Position numbers and translations under genes: made by a program. A stretch of DNA of 48,633 nucleotides, from positions 1 through 48,633 of the IMG/VR virus record IMGVR_UViG_3300037295_000153; one strand, 5' to 3'. Origin of the DNA: a virus. Lineage: Duplodnaviria; Caudoviricetes. How positions within the stretch are numbered: the first letter of the stretch is position 1; each line of letters begins with the position of its first letter. Shown here one piece after another: positions 29,740 to 38,281 of the stretch. The notes beneath the pieces were generated by a model that saw only the letters and a program-made list of their open reading frames with translations, made no database searches and was not told the DNA's origin.

Positions 29740-30375
29740 ATGGGATTTAGCAATTATGGAGACGTAGAGGCAGCTCTTAGGGCAGAGTCTGACCTTTGGG
29801 GTGCCGATCAAAACAAACCAGGGTTTGAAGCTGCAAATGCAAATGCTAACGCGGCAAGGGCTTGGTGGGCAAACTATCAATCTGCTCCTCCCGCGCCCCA
29901 ATCTCCACCACCTCCACCGCCTCCCCCTCCAACCCCACCAAGCCCATGGATTACAACAAGCTCTTATAAGTCCCCCTCTGGAATAAAGCAAGCTCAGCCG
30001 GACATTGTTTTGGATTCAGAGGTAACAACATCTGCAGACTATATTGCTGAAAGATTTTTTGAAGAACTCGGAGGAACAGAGTTGATAAATTTATCTAGAC
30101 ATGACTTAATTGATGGGGTTCAGGTATCCTATAACCCAATAGCAAACTTATCAAAACTAAGACAAAGATTTAATCCAAATAACATTATTGCCACTGATGC
30201 CCTTTCAGATAGTGAATTTGCAAGATCAAGCATAGATTTGGTTTCAAGAGGAATGAATATTCCACTTTTCAATAGTAGCGGAAACTTAATCGTAGAAGTT
30301 GATATAATTAGGTCAGAGGAAAATATTGAGGTTGAAATTTCTCAAAGCGGAACATTGATAAGGATTGAATTATGA
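29740..30375 (+). CDS. minor tail protein with poly-proline linker
   Basis: APPAPQSPPPPPPPPPTPPSP; in tail module. Confidence 0.65.
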   Translation: MGFSNYGDVEAALRAESDLWGADQNKPGFEAANANANAARAWWANYQSAPPAPQSPPPPPPPPPTPPSPWITTSSYKSPSGIKQAQPDIVLDSEVTTSADYIAERFFEELGGTELINLSRHDLIDGVQVSYNPIANLSKLRQRFNPNNIIATDALSDSEFARSSIDLVSRGMNIPLFNSSGNLIVEVDIIRSEENIEVEISQSGTLIRIEL

Positions 30376-31709
30376 TTACAGACTCAGGAAAAGAAATTAT
30401 ATCAAAGTACCTTTTGGGACAGATTCCATCATATGCAAGCCACATATCTATTGGATGTGGAGCAAAGCCATTAGATGCAAATGATGTCGCCCCCTTGCCA
30501 GCAGAGCTAGCAGCAAAAACTAAGATGGATTTTGAGATGATTCGTGTACCAATATCATCAAAGGGGTTTGTTGACGATAACGGAACAACCAAGGTTTCCT
30601 TTACAGCAGACCTTCCAAAAGAAAACAAGTACGACATTACTGAAATAGGTCTGTGGTCTTCCGGAAGCAACAGTCTGGCAGCAAGCTTTAACAGTCGGAC
30701 AATATTTAACTTTTCAGAAGATTGGCAAGCCCATAGCACATCTATCTCAAGCATAACAACCCCAACACCACTGGGAATAACGGGAGATATAACAACAGCC
30801 CTTAAACAGTTTAGAGCATCAAGCAGTGACAGCGTTTTTTCTACCTCAGAGCGCAGATCAAGAAAGGAGGGTCCAAGATTCCTTGATTCAAAAATTTTAT
30901 TAAGGGGAGACTCCTCTGTTATTCAAGGGGCAACAGGCTCCTGGAGTGGAGAAAATCCATCCTTTAATGTAAACAACAAAGAAAAAGCTGGAACGACGGC
31001 AATCCTAACAACGGTAACCCACCTTCTTAATGTTGGGGATAGCATAACGGTAAATATATCTGACTTAGAGTTTGATGGAACCCATGAGATTACTGCAAGA
31101 ACCAACACAGAGATAACATATGAGCACGACCTATCCAGCACCGTTGCGTCCATTGCAGCAGCGGGAACCGTGGTGTTTTCAGGATCAACACATATCCATC
31201 TAAACGCCATCAACTTTGATATCTCAAAAAACTCACCATCAGACACCATATCCCTAGCCTTTAGTTTAATAGATAAAGATTCTGTAGGGGGTGGAGATCC
31301 CGACTATGTAAAGATACTTGTTGAATTTTATAGAAATGAAACATCTATTACCACAGGATTTGCAAAGGCAGAAGTGTATATAGCTGGGGGTGAGTTTGCC
31401 AATGATAGGTACAAGGTTGTCGAGATTCCAATATCTAGCTTAATCACAAGCCCAGACTTCAGCTCGGAGCAAATAAGAGTAGCAAGGGTTTTTGCATCGG
31501 TAATCTACACGGCATCAGGAGAGCAGATGTCCTCACCCCTTCACTATGTGGAGCTAGAAGGACTTCGGATTGAAAATGAAACTACAATAAATCCAGTATA
31601 TGGAATGGTTGGATACTCCATCGTGAGAACTCCTGATGGACAGCCAATTCATAAATATAAGAATACCAACAACTATGTTGAATTTAGGTTCAATCTGGAT
31701 GTGGGATAA
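30372..31709 (+). CDS. minor tail/baseplate protein
   Basis: MITDSGKEII, ISIGCG, ITEIGLW resemble tail-fibre/baseplate N-terminal motifs. Confidence 0.65.
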   Translation: MITDSGKEIISKYLLGQIPSYASHISIGCGAKPLDANDVAPLPAELAAKTKMDFEMIRVPISSKGFVDDNGTTKVSFTADLPKENKYDITEIGLWSSGSNSLAASFNSRTIFNFSEDWQAHSTSISSITTPTPLGITGDITTALKQFRASSSDSVFSTSERRSRKEGPRFLDSKILLRGDSSVIQGATGSWSGENPSFNVNNKEKAGTTAILTTVTHLLNVGDSITVNISDLEFDGTHEITARTNTEITYEHDLSSTVASIAAAGTVVFSGSTHIHLNAINFDISKNSPSDTISLAFSLIDKDSVGGGDPDYVKILVEFYRNETSITTGFAKAEVYIAGGEFANDRYKVVEIPISSLITSPDFSSEQIRVARVFASVIYTASGEQMSSPLHYVELEGLRIENETTINPVYGMVGYSIVRTPDGQPIHKYKNTNNYVEFRFNLDVG

Positions 31710-32464
31710 TGCCACAGATATCAATACCAAAAGAAAACTTTTTTGAAACCGACATCTACACTAGAAAAGAAAGCGTAAGATATAGGATTGTCTCCGAAAA
31801 CAAAAACAATTTTTCTTACTGGTCTCCAATATTTTCCGTAGATACCGGATTTGACTTCATTCCCTATAACAACGTCACAGTAGATAGGACATCAACGCAG
31901 GTCTCAGCTTCCTGGGCACTAGCTCAAGTAAAAAAAGATGGTATAGACATCGCACTGCTGCCAGAATACGATGTTTGGATTAGGCTGGGGCTATCTGAGG
32001 CAACGGGAGATTGGAAATACTCCCAAAGAGTTATAGGAAACTCCTTTAGTTTGGTGGAAGATGTGGGTGTTTTGGCAATCAGCTATGCAAGTGTAGAGGT
32101 GTATAGGCCAATGAGACCAACCGATCATAGAATTGACCTATACGAGGTAGACCAGAGCGCAGCAGCCCTTAAAGTTGATCTCATAAAAGACACAATAATC
32201 ATGCCAACTGCGAACATCAGTAACGGTGATGCCATGAGATACACCTCCCCCACACCCCTTGGAGGTCTGGTTGACGATACCACATATTACGCAAGAGTAT
32301 ACGCCACCAATGAGGTTACCTTTCACCCAACAAAACAGGATGCGATAGATGACACGAATATAGTAGACATAACATCAACAAACAACTTCTTTGGATATTT
32401 TAAGTCACAAGAGTCCCTAGTTTATGATTTTTTGCTATACTCAGAGTATAACGTTCCATCGTAA
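31709..32464 (+). CDS. minor tail protein
   Basis: TAATG coupling; VRYRIVSE..N.FSYWS fibronectin-like strand. Confidence 0.55.
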   Translation: MPQISIPKENFFETDIYTRKESVRYRIVSENKNNFSYWSPIFSVDTGFDFIPYNNVTVDRTSTQVSASWALAQVKKDGIDIALLPEYDVWIRLGLSEATGDWKYSQRVIGNSFSLVEDVGVLAISYASVEVYRPMRPTDHRIDLYEVDQSAAALKVDLIKDTIIMPTANISNGDAMRYTSPTPLGGLVDDTTYYARVYATNEVTFHPTKQDAIDDTNIVDITSTNNFFGYFKSQESLVYDFLLYSEYNVPS

Positions 32465-32488
32465 TGATATAATTAACCAGGAGATAAA

Positions 32489-32932
32489 ATGGCAAGAGTA
32501 CCCCTTCCCGACAAGGGACAACCCCTAGACGTAACGTATATCTATCAGATAGCTAACGCGGTCAATGATATATCAGATGCCATATCTACGGCATCATATA
32601 ACTACACCTCCGTAGACACAAGATCCCTCGGCAGACAAGATCTAAAAAACAACAATGCAAAGTTTTATGCAGGATACAAGGATATCGTTACAGAAGAAAA
32701 CGTTTCCTCAAACACCACAAAGCCATGGGCAATTGACTTTGCATCAGACTTTAAATACATTCCCGTAGTCACCGCAACTCCAGTAAATATTGGTACTAGT
32801 TCGGTGGGAAACGATGTAACGGTCGTCATTACTCAGGTATCTACAACTAGGGTAGAGGGAGTTGTTAGGTTCAATTCCTCTGGACAAGTTAGTACATCTG
32901 TAAACATTATTGCAATTGGCATCCCAGCGTGA
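32489..32932 (+). CDS. small virion protein, H-type-lectin-like C-terminus
   Basis: IDFASDFKYIPVVTATP...VNIIAIG; TGATATAAT at 32465, SD AGGAG. Confidence 0.6.
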   Translation: MARVPLPDKGQPLDVTYIYQIANAVNDISDAISTASYNYTSVDTRSLGRQDLKNNNAKFYAGYKDIVTEENVSSNTTKPWAIDFASDFKYIPVVTATPVNIGTSSVGNDVTVVITQVSTTRVEGVVRFNSSGQVSTSVNIIAIGIPA

Positions 32933-32946
32933 TATAATTAACCGCT

Positions 32947-33141
32947 ATGTTATCTTGCAGAAGGTGTAAAGGGAAAGTTTTTGTTGATAGGCTATTTAGC
33001 TCTGAAAACCATCTAGAGACTTTTTGCATTATTTGTGGGGCAAGAAGATTTTATCATAACTGGAGTTCAGATAACAGGGAGGCCGTATGGCTGCTGGAGA
33101 CGGAGAAGAAGAGATCAAGAACAACACAATCACCGTTATAA
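32947..33141 (+). CDS. small zinc-ribbon protein
   Basis: CRRC...CIIC; TGATATAAT at 32930, no SD. Confidence 0.7.
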   Translation: MLSCRRCKGKVFVDRLFSSENHLETFCIICGARRFYHNWSSDNREAVWLLETEKKRSRTTQSPL

Positions 33142-33629
33142 GAAGGCCAAGAAGAAAAGTCTGGTTCTTAAACGGAGATTTGGTTAGAATTGCTCATACC
33201 AGCAGGGCAGCAGGAATTGTTACATTAGACAATTTAACAAAAGACAAAAAAGAAGTAACGACTATTGTCGAATTTAAAAAGAAAAGAAAAAGAGCTTTTA
33301 CTGTAAAAGAAGCAGCTACCCTGTTAAACTATCACAGAAAGCACATCCCCAGACTTGTTGAAAAAGGTTTAATACCCAACCCAATAGGCGAGCTTCCAGG
33401 AGGGGTCAGGGCATTTCATCATCTATCATACTACTCAGAAGACATCATCATGGAGGCAAGAAGAGCAATGGCCCAGATACACCATGGATGCAAAAGAAAA
33501 GATGGATTGATTACAAACAACAAGGTACCCACTGAGCAAGAATTGCGCTATGCCATGGGGGATGGTATCCTTCTTTATACAAAAGATGAAAATGGCAAGT
33601 TTACCCCAATATTTTCTGAAACAATATAA
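33087..33629 (+). CDS. helix-turn-helix DNA-binding protein (MerR/excisionase-like)
   Basis: FTVKEAATLLNYHRKHIPRLVEKGLIP...YYSEDII; SD GGAGG. Confidence 0.75.
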   Translation: MAAGDGEEEIKNNTITVIRRPRRKVWFLNGDLVRIAHTSRAAGIVTLDNLTKDKKEVTTIVEFKKKRKRAFTVKEAATLLNYHRKHIPRLVEKGLIPNPIGELPGGVRAFHHLSYYSEDIIMEARRAMAQIHHGCKRKDGLITNNKVPTEQELRYAMGDGILLYTKDENGKFTPIFSETI

Positions 33630-33632
33630 GGG

Positions 33633-33661
33633 TTGACAGGAGGCTTAGCTTCTGATATTAT
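33633..33661 (+). promoter_or_regulatory. sigma70/SigA-type promoter for replication module
   Basis: TTGACA-17 bp-TATTAT with TG extension. Confidence 0.8.
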
Positions 33662-33692
33662 AAAAACACACAAAACTACGGAAAGGTTTTTT

Positions 33693-33890
33693 ATGGAACC
33701 AACGAGAATACAGTGGACTTTGGGGTACACGGTGAATGTAGGAAACTTCCAGTCACTGCGCCTTGATTGTCAGATAACAGACTATAAGCACGAAGCCGAA
33801 ACAGCAAAAGAGGCATCTGATCGTGTATACGCTTTTGTAGAGCAAGAGCTAGTAGAAAAACTCAACCAAGCAAAGGAAGAATTAGGATGA
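33693..33890 (+). CDS. hypothetical protein
   Basis: SD GAAAGG before ATG 33693; LGYTVNVGNFQSLRLD. Confidence 0.75.
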   Translation: MEPTRIQWTLGYTVNVGNFQSLRLDCQITDYKHEAETAKEASDRVYAFVEQELVEKLNQAKEELG

Positions 33891-34114
33891 AAAACAAAGA
33901 AAACAACTCAAACGCATACATCGCACATGGAGAGAATGCCTTTCTTATTTGTGGATACGGAAACACCTATGGATCAGCCCTAAAAAAAGTGGGTAAGCTA
34001 ATTGATACCACTGTAAAGAAGAACCCAGAAATCCTGGTTCTTGGACTGAACTCCTCATATGATGAAAGCGGAGAGTTCTGCGTAACAGCAACGCTATCTA
34101 CAGCAGGTGTCTAG
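33887..34114 (+). CDS. hypothetical protein
   Basis: ATGA overlap with previous gene. Confidence 0.65.
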   Translation: MKNKENNSNAYIAHGENAFLICGYGNTYGSALKKVGKLIDTTVKKNPEILVLGLNSSYDESGEFCVTATLSTAGV

Positions 34115-34422
34115 TGTCTGATCGTAAGAGCAAGTTTGCTCTTATCAGTAAGTTCGAGCAGTATTGTAAAAAAAACAACATAGTAAGAGAGCCAATTAAC
34201 AAGTATAGCGAGCAGTGGGCAGCAGATGCACTGCTAGAATCGTTTAAGTATGAGGACATTCTTTCTGCAATGGAATACTACTTTAAGATAAATGGTTCTC
34301 CAAAGTGGAAAGGGTTTGCCAACAATGTAGATCGTCTGCTACAATCCATTAAAATGCAAGAAGAAGATGATCAGTTTCGATCAGAGATGCGTATAAAAGC
34401 GAAGGACTGGGCCAGTGACTAA
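34114..34422 (+). CDS. hypothetical protein, possible helicase loader/initiator partner
   Basis: Coupled directly upstream of dnaB; function inferred from position only. Confidence 0.6.
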   Translation: MSDRKSKFALISKFEQYCKKNNIVREPINKYSEQWAADALLESFKYEDILSAMEYYFKINGSPKWKGFANNVDRLLQSIKMQEEDDQFRSEMRIKAKDWASD

Positions 34423-35629
34423 CCTAGAAGCAAAAACTTTGTCGGCGGTACTTAACGACAAACAGATGCATGTATTGCTGCAAGCTAACGTGGAGTCCCT
34501 TTTAAGAACTCACAACGACATCTGGGAATTTACCCGTAATTATTATGATCAGAATCAATCTATACCACCAATAAGCATCGTTAAGCAGCAGTTCCCAGAC
34601 TTTGACTATACTGCGGAAACTGGAGCAACCAAGCACCACCTTGACGAACTTAGACAAGACTATCTTGTTGATAACGTAAAGATGATGTTGAGGGCTGCTG
34701 CCACAGACGTTCAGGAAGGAAAGGCTACAGACGCACTTGATAGGTTAATAACAGAAACCTCTAGCATAAAGCGAGTTACCTCAACGGTCAGGGATCTAGA
34801 CGTTACTAACATTGACGAGACCATTGCCTACTTCGAACACATCAAAAAGATGAAGGAGAGCGGCAATCATGGAATCTATACAGGTATTAAGGGCTTTGAC
34901 ATGTTCATGCCATCAGGTATCGTTCCCGGGCAGCTGGGGGTCCTCCTAGCCTACCCTGCAATAGGGAAGAGCTGGATGGCACTATACTTTGCGGTAGCTG
35001 CTTGGAAGAATGGAAAGACACCGCTAATTGTTTCCTTAGAGATGACAGAATCAGAAGTAAGAAACAGGGTGTTGACAATCATTGGAAACGGAATGTGGTC
35101 TCACAGAAAGCTCAGCTCTGGACAGGTTGAAATTGATATGTTCAAGAAGTGGGCAGAGAAAACGTTTGAGGGCAAGCCACCAATACACATTGTTTCTAAT
35201 GAGGGGATAGGAGAGGTTTCACCAAGCGTGGTTAAGGGTAAGATTGATCAGTACAAGCCAGACATTGTTTTCCTAGACTATCTCAATCTAATGACAAGCA
35301 ATCAAAAGACTGACAACGAAGTTGTTAAAATGAAAAACCTTAGTCGTGAACTAAAGCTTTTGGCCATTAGCGAGCAGGTTCCAATTATAGCAATCTCTTC
35401 TGCAACACCAGATGATGTAACCAATATGAACAGCGTTCCGACCCTTGGTCAGACCTCATGGTCAAGACAGATTGCCTACGATGCCGACTTCCTGCTAGCC
35501 TTGGGTAGAGCACCTAATAGCGATGTAATAGAGTGTGTCTTCCGAAAATCAAGAAATGGGCCGCTAGGAGATTTTCTGGTTCAGGTAGACTTTGACGGTG
35601 GTAGATTTGTAAACAAAGAGTTTAGCTAG
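34415..35629 (+). CDS. dnaB: DnaB-like replicative helicase
   Basis: Walker A AYPAIGKS, SLEM, VFLDYLNLM, SRELKLLA, IAYDAD, KSRNG. Confidence 0.92.
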   Translation: MTNLEAKTLSAVLNDKQMHVLLQANVESLLRTHNDIWEFTRNYYDQNQSIPPISIVKQQFPDFDYTAETGATKHHLDELRQDYLVDNVKMMLRAAATDVQEGKATDALDRLITETSSIKRVTSTVRDLDVTNIDETIAYFEHIKKMKESGNHGIYTGIKGFDMFMPSGIVPGQLGVLLAYPAIGKSWMALYFAVAAWKNGKTPLIVSLEMTESEVRNRVLTIIGNGMWSHRKLSSGQVEIDMFKKWAEKTFEGKPPIHIVSNEGIGEVSPSVVKGKIDQYKPDIVFLDYLNLMTSNQKTDNEVVKMKNLSRELKLLAISEQVPIIAISSATPDDVTNMNSVPTLGQTSWSRQIAYDADFLLALGRAPNSDVIECVFRKSRNGPLGDFLVQVDFDGGRFVNKEFS

Positions 35630-35671
35630 AGAAAAGTAATGATGTTATCTAATTATATAAAAGGAGAAAAA

Positions 35672-36226
35672 ATGATTATTGAGAGAATGCCAGACAAGAT
35701 TGATGCCCTGGTTATAAGTGATACGTTCTCAGATTCAGAGTATGGGGATATTTTTGACGAAGTAAGGGTTTTGTGTAAGAGAGATGGTGGATCTGGGGTA
35801 TGGATAAATGACATGTATAAGGATTTAGAGTCATCGGTGACACACAAGGCAGTAATTAATACCTTCTTTACAGATGAGATTGGTGCAGCCTTGTCAGAAA
35901 TCCATCCCCTACTCGGTCTGTATCGCAACGTAAACATGCACAGCACGTTGATAAACAGCTATGGACAGTCGCAATCTACAGGACTTCGTGATGATTCTGC
36001 TGCCTTTGTGATTAAAACATTTCTTTTTGATGAGCCTAGGGGATTCATCGGTGGGGACATTACCCTTCAGGTCGATTCTGACACGGCATATGAAAAAGAC
36101 ACTAAAAACAATATGACGGTAATCTTTCCAGCATCATACTACCACTCGCTATCAGAGGTCTCTATAGACAGCGCCGATAGCAGTGGAATTTACGTTATCA
36201 CCAACTATCTATTCATTGTTGGATAG
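35672..36226 (+). CDS. 2OG-Fe(II) oxygenase-like protein, degenerate active site
   Basis: TLINSY, FLFDEPRGFIGGDI, NNMTVIFPASYYHSLSEV; SD AAGGAG before ATG 35672. Confidence 0.7.
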   Translation: MIIERMPDKIDALVISDTFSDSEYGDIFDEVRVLCKRDGGSGVWINDMYKDLESSVTHKAVINTFFTDEIGAALSEIHPLLGLYRNVNMHSTLINSYGQSQSTGLRDDSAAFVIKTFLFDEPRGFIGGDITLQVDSDTAYEKDTKNNMTVIFPASYYHSLSEVSIDSADSSGIYVITNYLFIVG

Positions 36227-36262
36227 CTGGGGTGTTACGGTAAATGATGTATAATTTAACAC

Positions 36263-36598
36263 ATGGACTACCTTCACAAAAGAATAAAAAGATTTGAGCT
36301 GTCGGGTCAGATACTAAACGACTCCTTTATTCCAAGGATGAGGGGTGAATATATAAGGCTTCTTTCTGATTCAATGAAAGAAACGGGATATGTTCAAAGG
36401 TATGATATAGGTCCAGACTGGTCGCTATCATATACTGGAAACTATTATGAGTTTGTTTTGAGCTTATATGGATCATATGTAGGGAGAAAGAGTGCAACGT
36501 GTATAGAAGGTTTGGACAAGAATCATCCAATATATACTCAAGCGAACAGGTTAAAAGGGTCCTCTCCTGGTCAGGAACAGACGTTGAATCAGAAGTAG
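36263..36598 (+). CDS. hypothetical protein
   Basis: TATAAT 36250-36255 then ATG after 7 nt; no SD. Confidence 0.7.
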   Translation: MDYLHKRIKRFELSGQILNDSFIPRMRGEYIRLLSDSMKETGYVQRYDIGPDWSLSYTGNYYEFVLSLYGSYVGRKSATCIEGLDKNHPIYTQANRLKGSSPGQEQTLNQK

Positions 36599-37446
36599 AT
36601 TCAGATTACTTAATTTTTTGTCCATACCACAATAATTATCGAACACCTGCGGGAGAAGTCAGCAAGGAAAAGGGGACCTTCTTTTGCTTTTCTTGCCATG
36701 AGTCAAGATCTTTAATTGAGTTAGTTATGCATACAACAAAGAAGTCATACTTTGAATCTTCAAGATTTATTGATTCAGCCAAGGAGGAGATAGACATCCT
36801 GGGAAGCTTAGATAAAATACTCGTTGAGAAAGTAGACTATGTTTCTTATGATGAGATACAGATAAAGAGATTGGGCAGTCAGGGACGGAAGTCCCCCAGG
36901 GCAGTCTGGTATTTTGAAAGTAGAAGAATTAGTACAGATTCGATGGCTAAGTTTTCTTTGGGGTACAGCGAAAAACAAGACATGATAACAGTACCAATTA
37001 ATGACCCTAGTGGCTCTATGTTTGTGGGATTCGTTGGTCGCAGCGTTGAGGGTAAAAGATTTAAAAATACCCCCAACCTTCCAAAGTCCAAGGTTCTGTT
37101 CAATTTGCACCGCGCAAAAAGATATGATACAGTCTACGTTGTGGAGTCCTCATTTGATGCGATTAGGCTGGATCAGTGTGGCTTGGCATCGGTGGCCTCC
37201 CTAGGTTCAAATATTTCAAAGTTTCAGATAGAACTATTGACAAAGAGCTTTAACTCTGTTATAGTTATACCTGACAATGATGATGCTGGCAAGAATATGG
37301 CCGACAAAATCATAGACAAGGTAGGCACAAGGGCTGTAGCTTTTAGCCTACCAAATAGATTCAAAGATATTGGCGACATGAGTGATGCTGATATAAAACA
37401 GTTAGATATAAAGACCAGCGACCCACTGCTGGCAATGTATAAATAA
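36499..37446 (+). CDS. dnaG: DNA primase (zinc finger + TOPRIM)
   Basis: CPYH...CFSC; FVGR; VVESSFDA; PDNDDAG; KDIGD. Confidence 0.9.
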   Translation: MYRRFGQESSNIYSSEQVKRVLSWSGTDVESEVDSDYLIFCPYHNNYRTPAGEVSKEKGTFFCFSCHESRSLIELVMHTTKKSYFESSRFIDSAKEEIDILGSLDKILVEKVDYVSYDEIQIKRLGSQGRKSPRAVWYFESRRISTDSMAKFSLGYSEKQDMITVPINDPSGSMFVGFVGRSVEGKRFKNTPNLPKSKVLFNLHRAKRYDTVYVVESSFDAIRLDQCGLASVASLGSNISKFQIELLTKSFNSVIVIPDNDDAGKNMADKIIDKVGTRAVAFSLPNRFKDIGDMSDADIKQLDIKTSDPLLAMYK

Positions 37447-37463
37447 AATATAAGGAGCGTATT

Positions 37464-38123
37464 ATGGGTGTAATAAAGGGATTGAAACAAATGGAAAAAG
37501 CCTTAGAGCGTCCATCAGTTTCCGGCGAAGGCGGAATCAAGGTTCGCTGGCTAAAGCTGGATGATGGTCAAAGCTCCAAGGTTCGTTTTATCAATGAGCT
37601 GGACGAAGACTCTCCCAACTTTGATGTCGAGAGAGATCTGGCTATTGTTGTTTCTGAGCACACAAATCCAAAAGACTACAAGCGAAAGGCTGTCTGCACA
37701 GTAGAGAGCGAAGGGCGATGCTTTGGATGCGAGATGGCTCGCAAAGAACCAAAGAGTGGTTGGAGAGCAAGGTTTCGATTCTACACCAACCTCCTTGTTG
37801 ATGATGGTCTAGAAGATCCTTACGTTGCCGTATGGTCACAGGGAGTAGGAAAGCAGTCTGCATTCAACACTCTCAAGGAGTATGCGATTGATACAGGATC
37901 TATCTCTAACCGAACCTGGCGCATGAAGCGGAATGGCAGCGGAACGGATACTACCTACATCATCCTTCCAGGAGATCCAGACACAGAAAAGCATGACTGG
38001 ACTGGAGTAGAGCCCTTCAACCTAGAAAAGGTTGTTCGTGAAGTAGCATATGCAGAGCAAGAATCCTTTTACTTGGGATTTGAAGCTGCTGGAACAAGTA
38101 ATACCACCAACATTGATTGGTAA
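37464..38123 (+). CDS. phage ssDNA-binding protein (gp32-like, Zn-binding)
   Basis: WLKLDDGQSSKVRF, H/C..CFGC, RMKRNGSGTDTTY; between primase and polymerase. Confidence 0.7.
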   Translation: MGVIKGLKQMEKALERPSVSGEGGIKVRWLKLDDGQSSKVRFINELDEDSPNFDVERDLAIVVSEHTNPKDYKRKAVCTVESEGRCFGCEMARKEPKSGWRARFRFYTNLLVDDGLEDPYVAVWSQGVGKQSAFNTLKEYAIDTGSISNRTWRMKRNGSGTDTTYIILPGDPDTEKHDWTGVEPFNLEKVVREVAYAEQESFYLGFEAAGTSNTTNIDW

Positions 38124-38130
38124 TTAGGCT

Positions 38131-38236
38131 GGTAGGAGGGTATACTCCATCGTGCTGAATTCTCGCAACCCCTAGGGTGGTTATAGTTAATCGGCAAAGC
38201 GAGGTTGAAATCCAGTATAGAAGTTGCCCTCCTACC
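38131..38236 (+). ncRNA. candidate structured RNA/DNA element
   Basis: 12-bp closing stem GGTAGGAGGGTA / TGCCCTCCTACC with several internal pairings; family not recognised. Confidence 0.5.
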
Positions 38237-38245
38237 TTAATCCAT

Positions 38246-38275
38246 TTGACAAAAAATATAGAAATGATGTACACT
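38246..38275 (+). promoter_or_regulatory. promoter for leaderless HNH transcript
   Basis: TTGACA-18 bp-TACACT, ATG 6 nt later. Confidence 0.65.
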
Positions 38276-38281
38276 GGGTAA

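Noticed and set aside
33633-33692. TTG start for ORF 33633-33890
   Set aside because: The TTG is the -35 box; SD supports ATG 33693
38175-38229. Possible tRNA gene
   Set aside because: D- and T-loop-like strings only; no anticodon arm, clean acceptor stem or CCA
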